A stretch of 64,000 nt of DNA from Patescibacteria group bacterium (GCA_040384485.1 JAZKJH010000005.1:3375-67374), one strand, 5' to 3'; counted from the stretch's first letter, positions 28,331 to 36,816 are shown. The notes: generated by a model not told the origin, from the sequence alone. A program made the numbers and translations.

Positions 28331-28354
28331 AGTGAAAAGAACAATGTGACAGGT

Positions 28355-30088
28355 TTACTTCATACGGAGACTCCAAACGTCTCCGTTTTGTATGTACACA
28401 ACCATATCACCCAAGTTGAAAAGAACCATATCAGTGCTAATATTCTTGTCACTGAGATGCTTTCCAGTTCCGTTTGTTGGAACTGTAATAAACAGCTCGC
28501 TGTCAGTTTCAATCGTTGCACATACTCCCTTTGGCAGGATGGCGACGTTTAACTCGGCAGTGTCTGTAATTTTCTCTGACAGTTTGTATGTTTTATAACT
28601 ACTGTCAAAAGAGAGCTCAACTTTTCTGTATGAACCATCTTTTGCAACACACGAAAGAACAATAAACCGGTGACCGGACTTGGCGTTCACCACCTTCAAA
28701 TTATCCAGTTCCGGCACACGGACATGGGCACATGTTCCTTCTCCGAAGGGAGATATAACATACGTTGCTCCCATCATATCCTGCACACCAACACCGTTCC
28801 ACCATTTGGTAGAGTTCACCACCACACCCCAGGTATTTCCCGCGGAAAGTAGGGGTTTTGCAAACATGTTTACAGTAACTTCAGTCAACCCGTTTTCGGT
28901 TACTGCAAACATACGGTTTTGGTAACTTAGAAATCGTGTCAGTGAGTACGGAAAAGAGAGTTCGAACTTTTCAAAACTCGTCTCTTGTATATACTCAAAC
29001 ACAACTACCTTGTTACGATAGTCCGCGACCAGGTATCCACCAGTGACTTTTACCACTTCTGCTTCTACAGAAGTCACCTGTCCGATTTTCCTGTTTTTGA
29101 AAATCTCCACAAGTAATCCCGATGAAAGCAGTGCTACGCCACAACTAAAAACTTTGACCACAGGATCATTAGCTACAGTCAAAAGTTTTTGGAAAACAAG
29201 TAAGTCTCCCACGCCCACAGTTACTGTTTTTAAAACTTTCGCTGTTTTTGGGGAAACGGTATTGTTATCCAAAGGAGAAGGAGCTTTGACTCGTTCCCCT
29301 TTTTGAAATGTAGACTCATACCAAGATAGCAAGTTTTTCGGTATGACAGAAAAGTCTCTCACTGCCCTGTTCAACCGAATACCTTTTGAAAAAACAGATG
29401 CATTCGCTTTCATTCTCCCTGTGAGATCTCCCATCTTAAAACCATCCAGAGTTCCCTTGTACGGGTGGATCCCTGTATAGATCTGGAAGGTAATAATCCC
29501 CCAAGAAAACCAATCTGTACTCTGGCTGAAACCCTTACTGTGCCAATCCCTAATTGAAGGCATGATCACAGTAGGTTTCCATTTTCCTATTGCCCACGAG
29601 TCGACATCAAAAACCCTTGGTTCAGGACTTTTGCTTTTCTTATGAACAACGTTCCAATTCAACTCGTTTGGATCAACCAGAGTTGCGCCGTGCGCATGTC
29701 CAAACTCAAACACTTCCCGCATCCTATGCACAAGTACCGACGCATCTTTATCTCCAAAGCCGTACTTAAGATAAAAATCATTAGTAAAAACTTGAGACAA
29801 GGGGTGTCCGTCTGCTTTCTCCATGTAGAACCCGAGAAATTGCCCCTTACTTCCAAAGACCAAATTTTTCGGAGCAACTATGTACGGATGCTGCAGTCCA
29901 CTAAGTAACTTGATTTTATCCTGTAAACCACTTCCCAAAACTTTTTGTGGGTCGTGGTATAGCTTTATGACAGTGTCAGAAAGTCCGTAAACTGAACCTT
30001 CACCGCCACTCGCTATGTGGTCGTTGGGTCGGAGAATAACACTTCCCCGCCCAACCAACTCAATCTCTGTGTTGGTTTTGATTTGCAT
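28355..30088 (-). CDS. Ser/Thr protein-kinase-like protein with a 300-aa C-terminal domain of unknown function. It is the kinase member of the TerY-P-like triad.
   Basis: Gly-loop IASGGEGSVYG, beta3 Lys in TVIKLY, hinge YMEKADGHPL, catalytic-loop-like HGATLVDPNELN, subdomain IX DWFSWGIITFQIYTGIHPY. The start ATG abuts the TAA stop of the phosphatase. Confidence 0.7.
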   Translation of the reverse strand: MQIKTNTEIELVGRGSVILRPNDHIASGGEGSVYGLSDTVIKLYHDPQKVLGSGLQDKIKLLSGLQHPYIVAPKNLVFGSKGQFLGFYMEKADGHPLSQVFTNDFYLKYGFGDKDASVLVHRMREVFEFGHAHGATLVDPNELNWNVVHKKSKSPEPRVFDVDSWAIGKWKPTVIMPSIRDWHSKGFSQSTDWFSWGIITFQIYTGIHPYKGTLDGFKMGDLTGRMKANASVFSKGIRLNRAVRDFSVIPKNLLSWYESTFQKGERVKAPSPLDNNTVSPKTAKVLKTVTVGVGDLLVFQKLLTVANDPVVKVFSCGVALLSSGLLVEIFKNRKIGQVTSVEAEVVKVTGGYLVADYRNKVVVFEYIQETSFEKFELSFPYSLTRFLSYQNRMFAVTENGLTEVTVNMFAKPLLSAGNTWGVVVNSTKWWNGVGVQDMMGATYVISPFGEGTCAHVRVPELDNLKVVNAKSGHRFIVLSCVAKDGSYRKVELSFDSSYKTYKLSEKITDTAELNVAILPKGVCATIETDSELFITVPTNGTGKHLSDKNISTDMVLFNLGDMVVYIQNGDVWSLRMK

Positions 30089-30940
30089 TTAGTTACCCTC
30101 TCTGTCGATTCTTACAACTGCATAAGAAATATCATCAACCGGACCATGTCCAACTTTTTGATAATCCTTGATGCCTCGGATCATGCGCCGTTTAGCAAAC
30201 TCACCGCTCAGACTTTTAAAATCCAAAAAGTTTAGAGTTGCGCTTTTCCAGTCCACGGAATCCACTTGTGTGACCCCGTCAGAAAACAATGCAACAAACT
30301 CCAAATCATTCTGAATTTCTTCTGTGCTGATAAAAACACTAAACCCACCAATCGCATCGGCAAAAGGAATGCTCGTCTCCTTTTCACTGACACAGACACT
30401 ATCACGATACTCGACTTCTATAAGTCGAAGTTTTGCATTCTCCAAAACACCACCGTGAATATTCTGTACATACAAATCTGAATCAGATTCGGTATACGCA
30501 GGATAATATGGAGCGTTATTGGCCCAATCAAACCTTTTTAAAGAGATCCTGCCGTCTGTGTACTTCAATGCAATCACACCATCACCTAAAATTCTGATGA
30601 TTCCCTGATCCTGCGACAGAAAAGAATACATACACGTTGCAAGTAAATCCGATCGGTCTAGGCCAAGACTTTTTTTTACTTCCTCTACTTTTTGTTTTGC
30701 TTGTGTCTCTACTTCAAAAACAGAAAAATCTGCCTTTGTGCCAACACCTAATACATTTGCTATAGACAATGCGTACAAACGAGCACCAATGTCTGTATGT
30801 CCACCAGTGGAACAACCATCCGAAACTACTGCATACCCCGAAGAGTCAGAACTCTTGGAGAGTGCATAATCCTGGCATGGCTTACCCGAGTTCAAGTGGC
30901 TATAACCAATGTAAAAGTAATGATCAGTATAAAACTTCAT
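30089..30940 (-). CDS. PP2C-family Ser/Thr protein phosphatase (triad member)
   Basis: Motifs CQDYAL, AVVSDGCSTGGH, ILGDGVIAL, SDGVTQ and DDISYAVVRI. The start is set at the ATG at 30940, preceded by GGAAGGAGAGG. The ORF-track TTG start at 30955 is rejected. Confidence 0.75.
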   Translation of the reverse strand: MKFYTDHYFYIGYSHLNSGKPCQDYALSKSSDSSGYAVVSDGCSTGGHTDIGARLYALSIANVLGVGTKADFSVFEVETQAKQKVEEVKKSLGLDRSDLLATCMYSFLSQDQGIIRILGDGVIALKYTDGRISLKRFDWANNAPYYPAYTESDSDLYVQNIHGGVLENAKLRLIEVEYRDSVCVSEKETSIPFADAIGGFSVFISTEEIQNDLEFVALFSDGVTQVDSVDWKSATLNFLDFKSLSGEFAKRRMIRGIKDYQKVGHGPVDDISYAVVRIDREGN

Positions 30941-30954
30941 AACCTCTCCTTCCA

Positions 30955-30988
30955 ATAAAAAAGGAGGAACGGTAGAGACCGTTCCTCC
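30955..30988 (-). terminator. Strong intrinsic terminator between the vWA and PP2C genes
   Basis: Perfect 11-bp stem ggaggaacggt-agag-accgttcctcc followed by UUUUUUAUU on the minus strand. The PP2C SD and ATG follow within 15 nt. Confidence 0.65.
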
Positions 30989-31003
30989 TGTGAACGACCT
31001 CGA

Positions 31004-31762
31004 TTAGATCGTGGCCGCGATATTCTGACTCGGTCCGCCAGTGCCCAGAGACTGGGACTGCGACGAGACAGACTGTGATACAAAGTTTGCGAGTTTGGCA
31101 AGTTTGCCTTTGGTCGCATCCCCAGCATCAATGTACTGATCCAATCCAGCATCCGACTGGAAGGCCGTAAGAATTGAAGCGTAGGAACCAGCATTGATAC
31201 CAACAAGAACGGTCACGAGTGACTCGATCTCTTCGGCTCTGGTTCCACGTCTCAACTCCTCTTTGATGGATAAGGATGTAGCTTTGGATTTGTTATCGTC
31301 CCCGTCAGTGATGACAAAAACGATACCATTTGCCAAAAAGTCCTGATCCATGAGTTTCTTTGCGTACGAGTTGGTAGCCCCAACCGCCGAAAAGACTGCA
31401 TCACACAATGGTGTCTCGCCTGATGGACGAAAGTCTGGATACAAAGTTGTATCAACTTCCGACAAAGGTTTGAAGCCATGAATCTCCTCAACACCACCAT
31501 GAAGTGAAGTTGAGAACATGATGACACGCAACAATAAGTTGTTGGCTCGTGGAGACTTTTTGCAAGCCTCCACGGCAACAATCAAAGCGTCGCGCAGTTC
31601 TTTGGCGAATCCCCAGGTTGAACCAGACACATCAACTGCAATCGTTGCAAGTGTGTACTCGGTTGCCCCGAGGTGTTCGATTCGCTTACCGGAAAACTGG
31701 AAGGCTTGTAACCCTCCAATTTTTCCGGTTTCCATTGTTGGGTCGTTCAAGATTTTTGGCAT
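31004..31762 (-). CDS. von Willebrand factor A (vWA) domain protein, TerY-like (triad member)
   Basis: MIDAS DxSGS in IAVDVSGSTWG and a downstream VITDGDDN. AAGGAG lies 6 nt before the ATG. The start is 10 nt after the pncA-like stop. Confidence 0.75.
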   Translation of the reverse strand: MPKILNDPTMETGKIGGLQAFQFSGKRIEHLGATEYTLATIAVDVSGSTWGFAKELRDALIVAVEACKKSPRANNLLLRVIMFSTSLHGGVEEIHGFKPLSEVDTTLYPDFRPSGETPLCDAVFSAVGATNSYAKKLMDQDFLANGIVFVITDGDDNKSKATSLSIKEELRRGTRAEEIESLVTVLVGINAGSYASILTAFQSDAGLDQYIDAGDATKGKLAKLANFVSQSVSSQSQSLGTGGPSQNIAATI

Positions 31763-31772
31763 TGTTTTCTCC

Positions 31773-32593
31773 TTATGCCAAGAAATCAGTAGTGGTGGTG
31801 ATCTTCATTCCTAAACGTTGCATATCCTTGAGCCATGCTTCCGCAATAGCTGGGAAATCAACAATGTTCGGGATTGCTGGAACAGGACTCATACCGTCAC
31901 GGAGCAAGTGAAACTTCTTCACCTGATCCGCTCCGATATTGTCGGCGATCTGCTGAACTGTGTTCAACACGCAGTGGCTCGATGCCTCCCCTGCGACCGC
32001 GACGATGTCCGCATCTGCAATGGTCTGCAAGAATGCAGTATTGAGACCGGTCGAAGGGTCCGACGGATCTGGCACTTCTGCCAGAAGGGCGCCGTAGTGT
32101 TCAGTCCAAGGATTTGAACCCTTTGTGACATAATCCACCATGGCGAACTGTTTCTCCGACCACCGTTGCAATGCGTCGTTCAGTACTGGATGGACATTGT
32201 GTCCAGCCGTACCAATGAGGCAATGCGGGGGCCAGATGGTAAGCGTAAATTTCTTCTGCGCTTCCAGTTCCTTGGTATACGCAAGTGAACGAGCTCGAAA
32301 GCTCGGATTGCGAGGGGTCCAGATTCCAGCTTCGATATCACTTGAACTGATCTGAGTAAATGGTGGAGGATTTTCACCCTTTCCATTCACCCACCAAGCA
32401 GGATGAGCGATATCGATCAGCCGATGACTATCCAATGTGACATGGATGTCATCCAGTTTGTGTCCGATACGATCAACGAGTTTTGCAACCCGCTTCATAT
32501 CAGCATCGGCCCCAGGAACCGGCAGTGCCGATCCCGGGAGATCGCAGAAATCAATCTGCGGATCGATGATCAAAAGATGCACTTTCAAACTAG
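31773..32593 (-). CDS. pncA: Isochorismatase-family cysteine hydrolase, probable nicotinamidase (PncA-like)
   Basis: The core LLIIDPQIDFC and its position downstream of pncB. The start is re-assigned to the GTG at 32593, preceded by AAGGAG. The ORF-track ATG at 32711 would overlap pncB by 77 nt. Confidence 0.55.
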
Positions 32594-32634
32594 ACTTTCT
32601 CACGACTATCTCCTTTATTTGTCTTGCGTTTATT

Positions 32635-33879
32635 TTACGAATGACATACTTCTTGGAAGGTATTGGTATACCCAACAAGTCTTTTTGCACGTTCGACTGC
32701 TTCAGCATCACCCGTAGCTTTTTCGATGTTATCCGAAAGCTTGACTACGTAGTAACCGTTGGCTTTGGTCGGTTTAACCACAATAGAAATGGACTTAAAG
32801 CCCAAGTTATTACTGGCGTTTGTGCCCCAACCAAATGTCGTGAGCATCCTTTGGTCAACCTTTGTATAGATCTCAATCATTCTGTCTGCATTGAGACCGT
32901 CTGCAAAGATAACCAGTTTCGTACGAGGATCAACTCCGATGAGTCGATACTCGTTGATACGTGCCTCCGCGTATTCTTCGGGAACCCCCGAGTCCTGACG
33001 CGAACCTTTCCATCGACGCAGCATATCTGCATCGACACAATTTTTGAAGAACCAATCACTACCGTAAGTATCAGGCAGAAAGATTGATAACCCCTGGCCG
33101 TATTCATTGTCCCAATCTGCAAGCATTCGCTTCTGCGAATACGCTGGGTCAACATCATCACTGTCTCGAAAAATCCCACTGTATACCATTGGCAGTTCGT
33201 GTGCGTTGGTACCTACTGGCATCAACCCGTACTTCTGCGCAAGATATGTATTGGAAGTTCCTTTGAAAGTTTCAGGGCACTCTTCCTTCATGACACTAAC
33301 AACGTAGTCCTGCCAGTTACGGCTAAACCGTCGTCGAGTACCAAATTCGGAGAATGTGATCCCTGGGTACTTCGCAAGCTTGTCGAGACTCTCACCCAAA
33401 CGAAGCCTGCCGTTTGCCTCCACTTTGTCGCGCTCAAAAGAAGAATAACCTCTCATGAGCTGGCGATTGTAGAGCTCGTTAACAACAGACATTCCAAAGT
33501 TTTCCCAGTAAGTTGCTTTCGCCCACTCACCAGCAAATCCAAGTTCAATCTGTCCATCCCGTTCTTCCAAATGGAATTCGGGAAGCTGTAGAGTCTGAAG
33601 AAAGTCGATGTAATCAAACTTAAACATCGGACTTCCGTACTCGTATGTGCCCATGATGTAGTGAAGCTCTTGAGGCGTAAAACGCAATGTGCGGATATGC
33701 TCCAATTCTTCACGAAGTTGACCGAGGTCAACTTTCTTACCAAGTAACACAGACTTGCTTCTGTTGATGAATGAGAACTCCACAGGAACCTTTGGATGCC
33801 GATGAAAAATCATCTGCCCCATTGTAAACTTGTAGAAATCTTGATCCATCAAAGAATGAATGACTGGTGCGTCCTTCAT
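32635..33879 (-). CDS. pncB: Nicotinate phosphoribosyltransferase
   Basis: 414 aa. The N-terminus is MDQDFYKFTMGQMIFHRHPKV, and the whole protein has PncB-like architecture. Confidence 0.85.
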   Translation of the reverse strand: MKDAPVIHSLMDQDFYKFTMGQMIFHRHPKVPVEFSFINRSKSVLLGKKVDLGQLREELEHIRTLRFTPQELHYIMGTYEYGSPMFKFDYIDFLQTLQLPEFHLEERDGQIELGFAGEWAKATYWENFGMSVVNELYNRQLMRGYSSFERDKVEANGRLRLGESLDKLAKYPGITFSEFGTRRRFSRNWQDYVVSVMKEECPETFKGTSNTYLAQKYGLMPVGTNAHELPMVYSGIFRDSDDVDPAYSQKRMLADWDNEYGQGLSIFLPDTYGSDWFFKNCVDADMLRRWKGSRQDSGVPEEYAEARINEYRLIGVDPRTKLVIFADGLNADRMIEIYTKVDQRMLTTFGWGTNASNNLGFKSISIVVKPTKANGYYVVKLSDNIEKATGDAEAVERAKRLVGYTNTFQEVCHS

Positions 33880-33961
33880 AACTCTCCTTTTGGGCCTTAG
33901 CCCTAAAATCCATATGTTGTTGTCAAAGGTCTATATAATGTTCTAAGTACACTATATACCT

Positions 33962-33980
33962 GTGTGTATTAAGTGTCAAG
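33962..33980 (-). promoter_or_regulatory. Candidate NrtR operator (AAGTGT-caagttt-ACACTA) overlapping a TTGACA-17-TATAGT promoter for pncB
   Basis: Half-sites identical to those at 9934 and 12381. The spacer is almost identical to the nadM site. Confidence 0.55.
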
Positions 33981-34083
33981 TTTACACTAAATTAGACAAT
34001 TAAATAGTAAATAAGTCAAATAAAACCGTTTTTCACGGCTTGAAGTGTTTACTTATGAAAAGCGGTAATGCATCGGTGAAGAA

Positions 34084-35742
34084 TTAGATTTTTTCACCAA
34101 TCAAAACCATATTTGTTTCTGGATAAGGTATTGAAGTTAATGTACTCCCCTCTTTGTTATAAAGTGCAACTTTGTTATTAAAACGGTTCTCAACTATCCA
34201 CGGTATTGCAAACGCTCGAGAAGATTTCTCCATTTCATTTGGGTTTTCAATTATCCTAAATCCAGCATTTTTTAAAGCATTCTTCCATTCATTGAAACTC
34301 CAAAAAGCAAACTCTTCATTCAATTCACTGTTCCAATTATCTGTATAATCCTTTTTGGTCATAAACTCCATAGCGTCTTTTAGTTTCAAAACTATGTATG
34401 TTTTGTTGTCCAGAATTTCTTCAGTATATTTTATTTTTGTGTCCTCTCCTCTTTTACCATTCTCTCTCATACCTCTTAGGTAGTCTTCTGCGAACCTAAC
34501 AAATCTAGCATGAGTAGAAAGCCCATTTAAATGTTCTTGTAAACTATCTTGTGAATCACAAACTTTCAAAATATCTTCGTTTGAACCGTCACTGCTATTA
34601 AGTTCCATATAGACTATTGAATCTTTGTTTTCAGGTCCCACCACATCACGTATAACCAACCTGCCTCCTTTGTTTAGTTGTTTTTGTTTAAGGTCGATGT
34701 AGTTCAAAAGTGATTCTTCTCTATCCCCATATGACCATATCTCGTGAGTTGTAGAGTTGCAAATAGTAGTATCGATAGACGAATCTTCAAATATTTTTTC
34801 CATCAAATTTCTCTGATGAAAATAAACGAAAGTGCCTCCAAATTCTCCGGCACGCTGTCTCTCAAGACACCGAGCAGTGAACTCACTTGTTATTTCTATT
34901 CCTATTATATCTGAGTCAGTAAAGTCTTTTGCAAGGAGAGTCATCAAAGCTCCGTCTGCACAACCTTCGTCAACTATTTTACCAGGTACAAGAGATTCTT
35001 TTATGTCTTTATATTTTGAAAGTAAAAGATTGGTATGACCCATCCCAATTGCGTATGTAGAGTAATTTCTAGTTTCAGTAAGACTTCCACTTTCAGTAAG
35101 TAACGGGTCTCTCCAAAGTCGTACTATCTTTGCAGTAATTTCAGGAAAATCCTTCCAGAGCTGTATGGTTGATCTTGAAACACCATCAACCAATCCTTGA
35201 TTGTCACTCCAGCTATTTCCTACTTCCACCAATTTTTTTATGTATTCGATAGGTGTATCTGACTTTAACAACTTATTTGCAACATCGTATTCAGCTGGTA
35301 AGACTGCAAAACCAAGTTTATTATACATATCGATCATAGTTGGGGTAGAACTAAGAACAACTGTATTTTTGTTTGTTAATTTGATATTACTTTCAGTCCT
35401 TTCACTTACTTCTTTTAAAATATAGTCAGCAAAGTGTTCGTTTGGATTAAAATGAGGAATAGCCACAATATCACATTGCACACCCAAAGATTCCCTATAC
35501 TCTTTTGAAAACCTATCTAGACCTAGTGCCCTCATATAAAATGGAACTGGATTGTAACGAGAATTTTCCTGGTTAGCCGAAGTCACTGCAAAGATTATAT
35601 GAGTGATTTTGTCATTTGAGTCTCCCTTATAATCTCCTACCAAATCAAGTTTACTAACTGGTAAACGCAAAATATCCCACAAATAGTTCTGTTGAAAAGC
35701 TGTGGTTAAAAGATGTCTTCCTGGAAATAACAAATACGCCAT
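34084..35742 (-). CDS. Two-domain protein: an N-terminal domain of about 250 aa of unknown function, plus a class I SAM-dependent methyltransferase
   Basis: Motif I GKIVDEGCADGALMTLLA and post-motif II GGRLVIRDVVGP. The N-terminus has only a faint resemblance to HIGH-type nucleotidyltransferases (LLFPGRHLLTTAFQQNYL). Confidence 0.5.
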   Translation of the reverse strand: MAYLLFPGRHLLTTAFQQNYLWDILRLPVSKLDLVGDYKGDSNDKITHIIFAVTSANQENSRYNPVPFYMRALGLDRFSKEYRESLGVQCDIVAIPHFNPNEHFADYILKEVSERTESNIKLTNKNTVVLSSTPTMIDMYNKLGFAVLPAEYDVANKLLKSDTPIEYIKKLVEVGNSWSDNQGLVDGVSRSTIQLWKDFPEITAKIVRLWRDPLLTESGSLTETRNYSTYAIGMGHTNLLLSKYKDIKESLVPGKIVDEGCADGALMTLLAKDFTDSDIIGIEITSEFTARCLERQRAGEFGGTFVYFHQRNLMEKIFEDSSIDTTICNSTTHEIWSYGDREESLLNYIDLKQKQLNKGGRLVIRDVVGPENKDSIVYMELNSSDGSNEDILKVCDSQDSLQEHLNGLSTHARFVRFAEDYLRGMRENGKRGEDTKIKYTEEILDNKTYIVLKLKDAMEFMTKKDYTDNWNSELNEEFAFWSFNEWKNALKNAGFRIIENPNEMEKSSRAFAIPWIVENRFNNKVALYNKEGSTLTSIPYPETNMVLIGEKI

Positions 35743-35808
35743 ACGGTTAATATTATCACATGAACTATAAAAGAAAATGCATGGGAATTTGTCCCATGCA
35801 TGTGTGTA

Positions 35809-36816
35809 TTAGAGTACCGATATTACTGCATCAGTAAATTCCATAGTTGAAACTGAATTGACTGGATTTACATCACCAGTGACTGAAGTACCCTGCTGCA
35901 ATACAGCATTCACTGCAGCACGGACTTTTACAGCGGGAGTAGAGTAACCCAGATGTTCCAGCATCATGGCAGCAGACAGAATTGCTGAGGTTGGGTTGGC
36001 AACACCTTTGCCTGCAATGTCGGGAGCAGTTCCATGAACTGCTTCGAAAATTACTTGGTTTGTACCAAAATTTCCACCTGGAGCGAACCCTAGTCCGCCC
36101 ACCATTTCAGCACATACGTCAGTGACCAAGTCTCCCACAAAGTTTGGCAAAAGAATGCAGTCAAACCTGTCTGGATGATTGATTAGTTTGCCTAAAAACG
36201 CGTCTGCGATAAGGTCGTGATGTTCAATCTCTGGGTATTCCTTTGCAACAGCCCGAGCGATATCCAGAAAAAGACCGTGAGTCATTTTCAAAATGTTCGC
36301 CTTGTGCACAGTAGTCACTTTCTTGCGATTGTTTTTTCTCGCGTATTCAAATGCATATCGTGCAATACGCTTTGTGCCATGAACTGTGATTCTTGAGATT
36401 GCCTCTGCATCCGTGCCGACCATCCTTTCTTCTCCACAATACAGGTCCTCCAGGTTTTCACGGAAGCACACAATATCAATGTGAGTGTCGGACCATCGTG
36501 TCTTCAGCCCTGCCATACTCTCTACAGGACGCACGTTAGCATAGAGTTTGAACTCTTCTCGCAGGCGTACGTTGTAGCTCCTGTGACCACCTCCAACTGT
36601 CGTTCCAGTTGGACCTTTCAGTGCAACCTTGTTCCTCCGAATTGAATCGAGAGTTAGTTGCGGTAGTGGTACACCATATGCTTCAATTGCTGGTTGACCA
36701 ATCAAATGTGGTTCCCACACAATTGGTTCTCGTAGACCGAGCGCGTCTACAACCCTCATCGCTGCAGGAATAACTTCTAAGCCAATGCCCTCACCTGGTA
36801 ATACTGTCACCTTCAT
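35809..36816 (-). CDS. Isocitrate / isopropylmalate dehydrogenase-family decarboxylating dehydrogenase
   Basis: NFVGDLVTD metal and substrate motif. 335 aa. GC-rich. Confidence 0.8.
   Translation of the reverse strand: MKVTVLPGEGIGLEVIPAAMRVVDALGLREPIVWEPHLIGQPAIEAYGVPLPQLTLDSIRRNKVALKGPTGTTVGGGHRSYNVRLREEFKLYANVRPVESMAGLKTRWSDTHIDIVCFRENLEDLYCGEERMVGTDAEAISRITVHGTKRIARYAFEYARKNNRKKVTTVHKANILKMTHGLFLDIARAVAKEYPEIEHHDLIADAFLGKLINHPDRFDCILLPNFVGDLVTDVCAEMVGGLGFAPGGNFGTNQVIFEAVHGTAPDIAGKGVANPTSAILSAAMMLEHLGYSTPAVKVRAAVNAVLQQGTSVTGDVNPVNSVSTMEFTDAVISVL

Noticed and set aside
28020-28354. A known structured RNA (RNase P, SRP or 6S) in the GC-rich 335-bp spacer between the transglutaminase-like gene and the kinase gene.
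   Set aside because: None of the conserved RNase P or SRP sequence blocks is present. The GC-rich part is accounted for by the 49-aa ORF with a strong SD.
30940-30955. TTG start of the PP2C gene at 30955 (MEGEV...).
   Set aside because: That codon lies inside the U-tract of the vWA terminator. The ATG at 30940 has a strong SD (GGAAGGAGAGG).
32593-32711. The ORF-track start of the pncA-like gene at 32711.
   Set aside because: It would overlap pncB by 77 nt in another frame. A GTG at 32593 with a perfect AAGGAG at the right spacing lies just after the pncB stop, and it leaves the isochorismatase fold intact.
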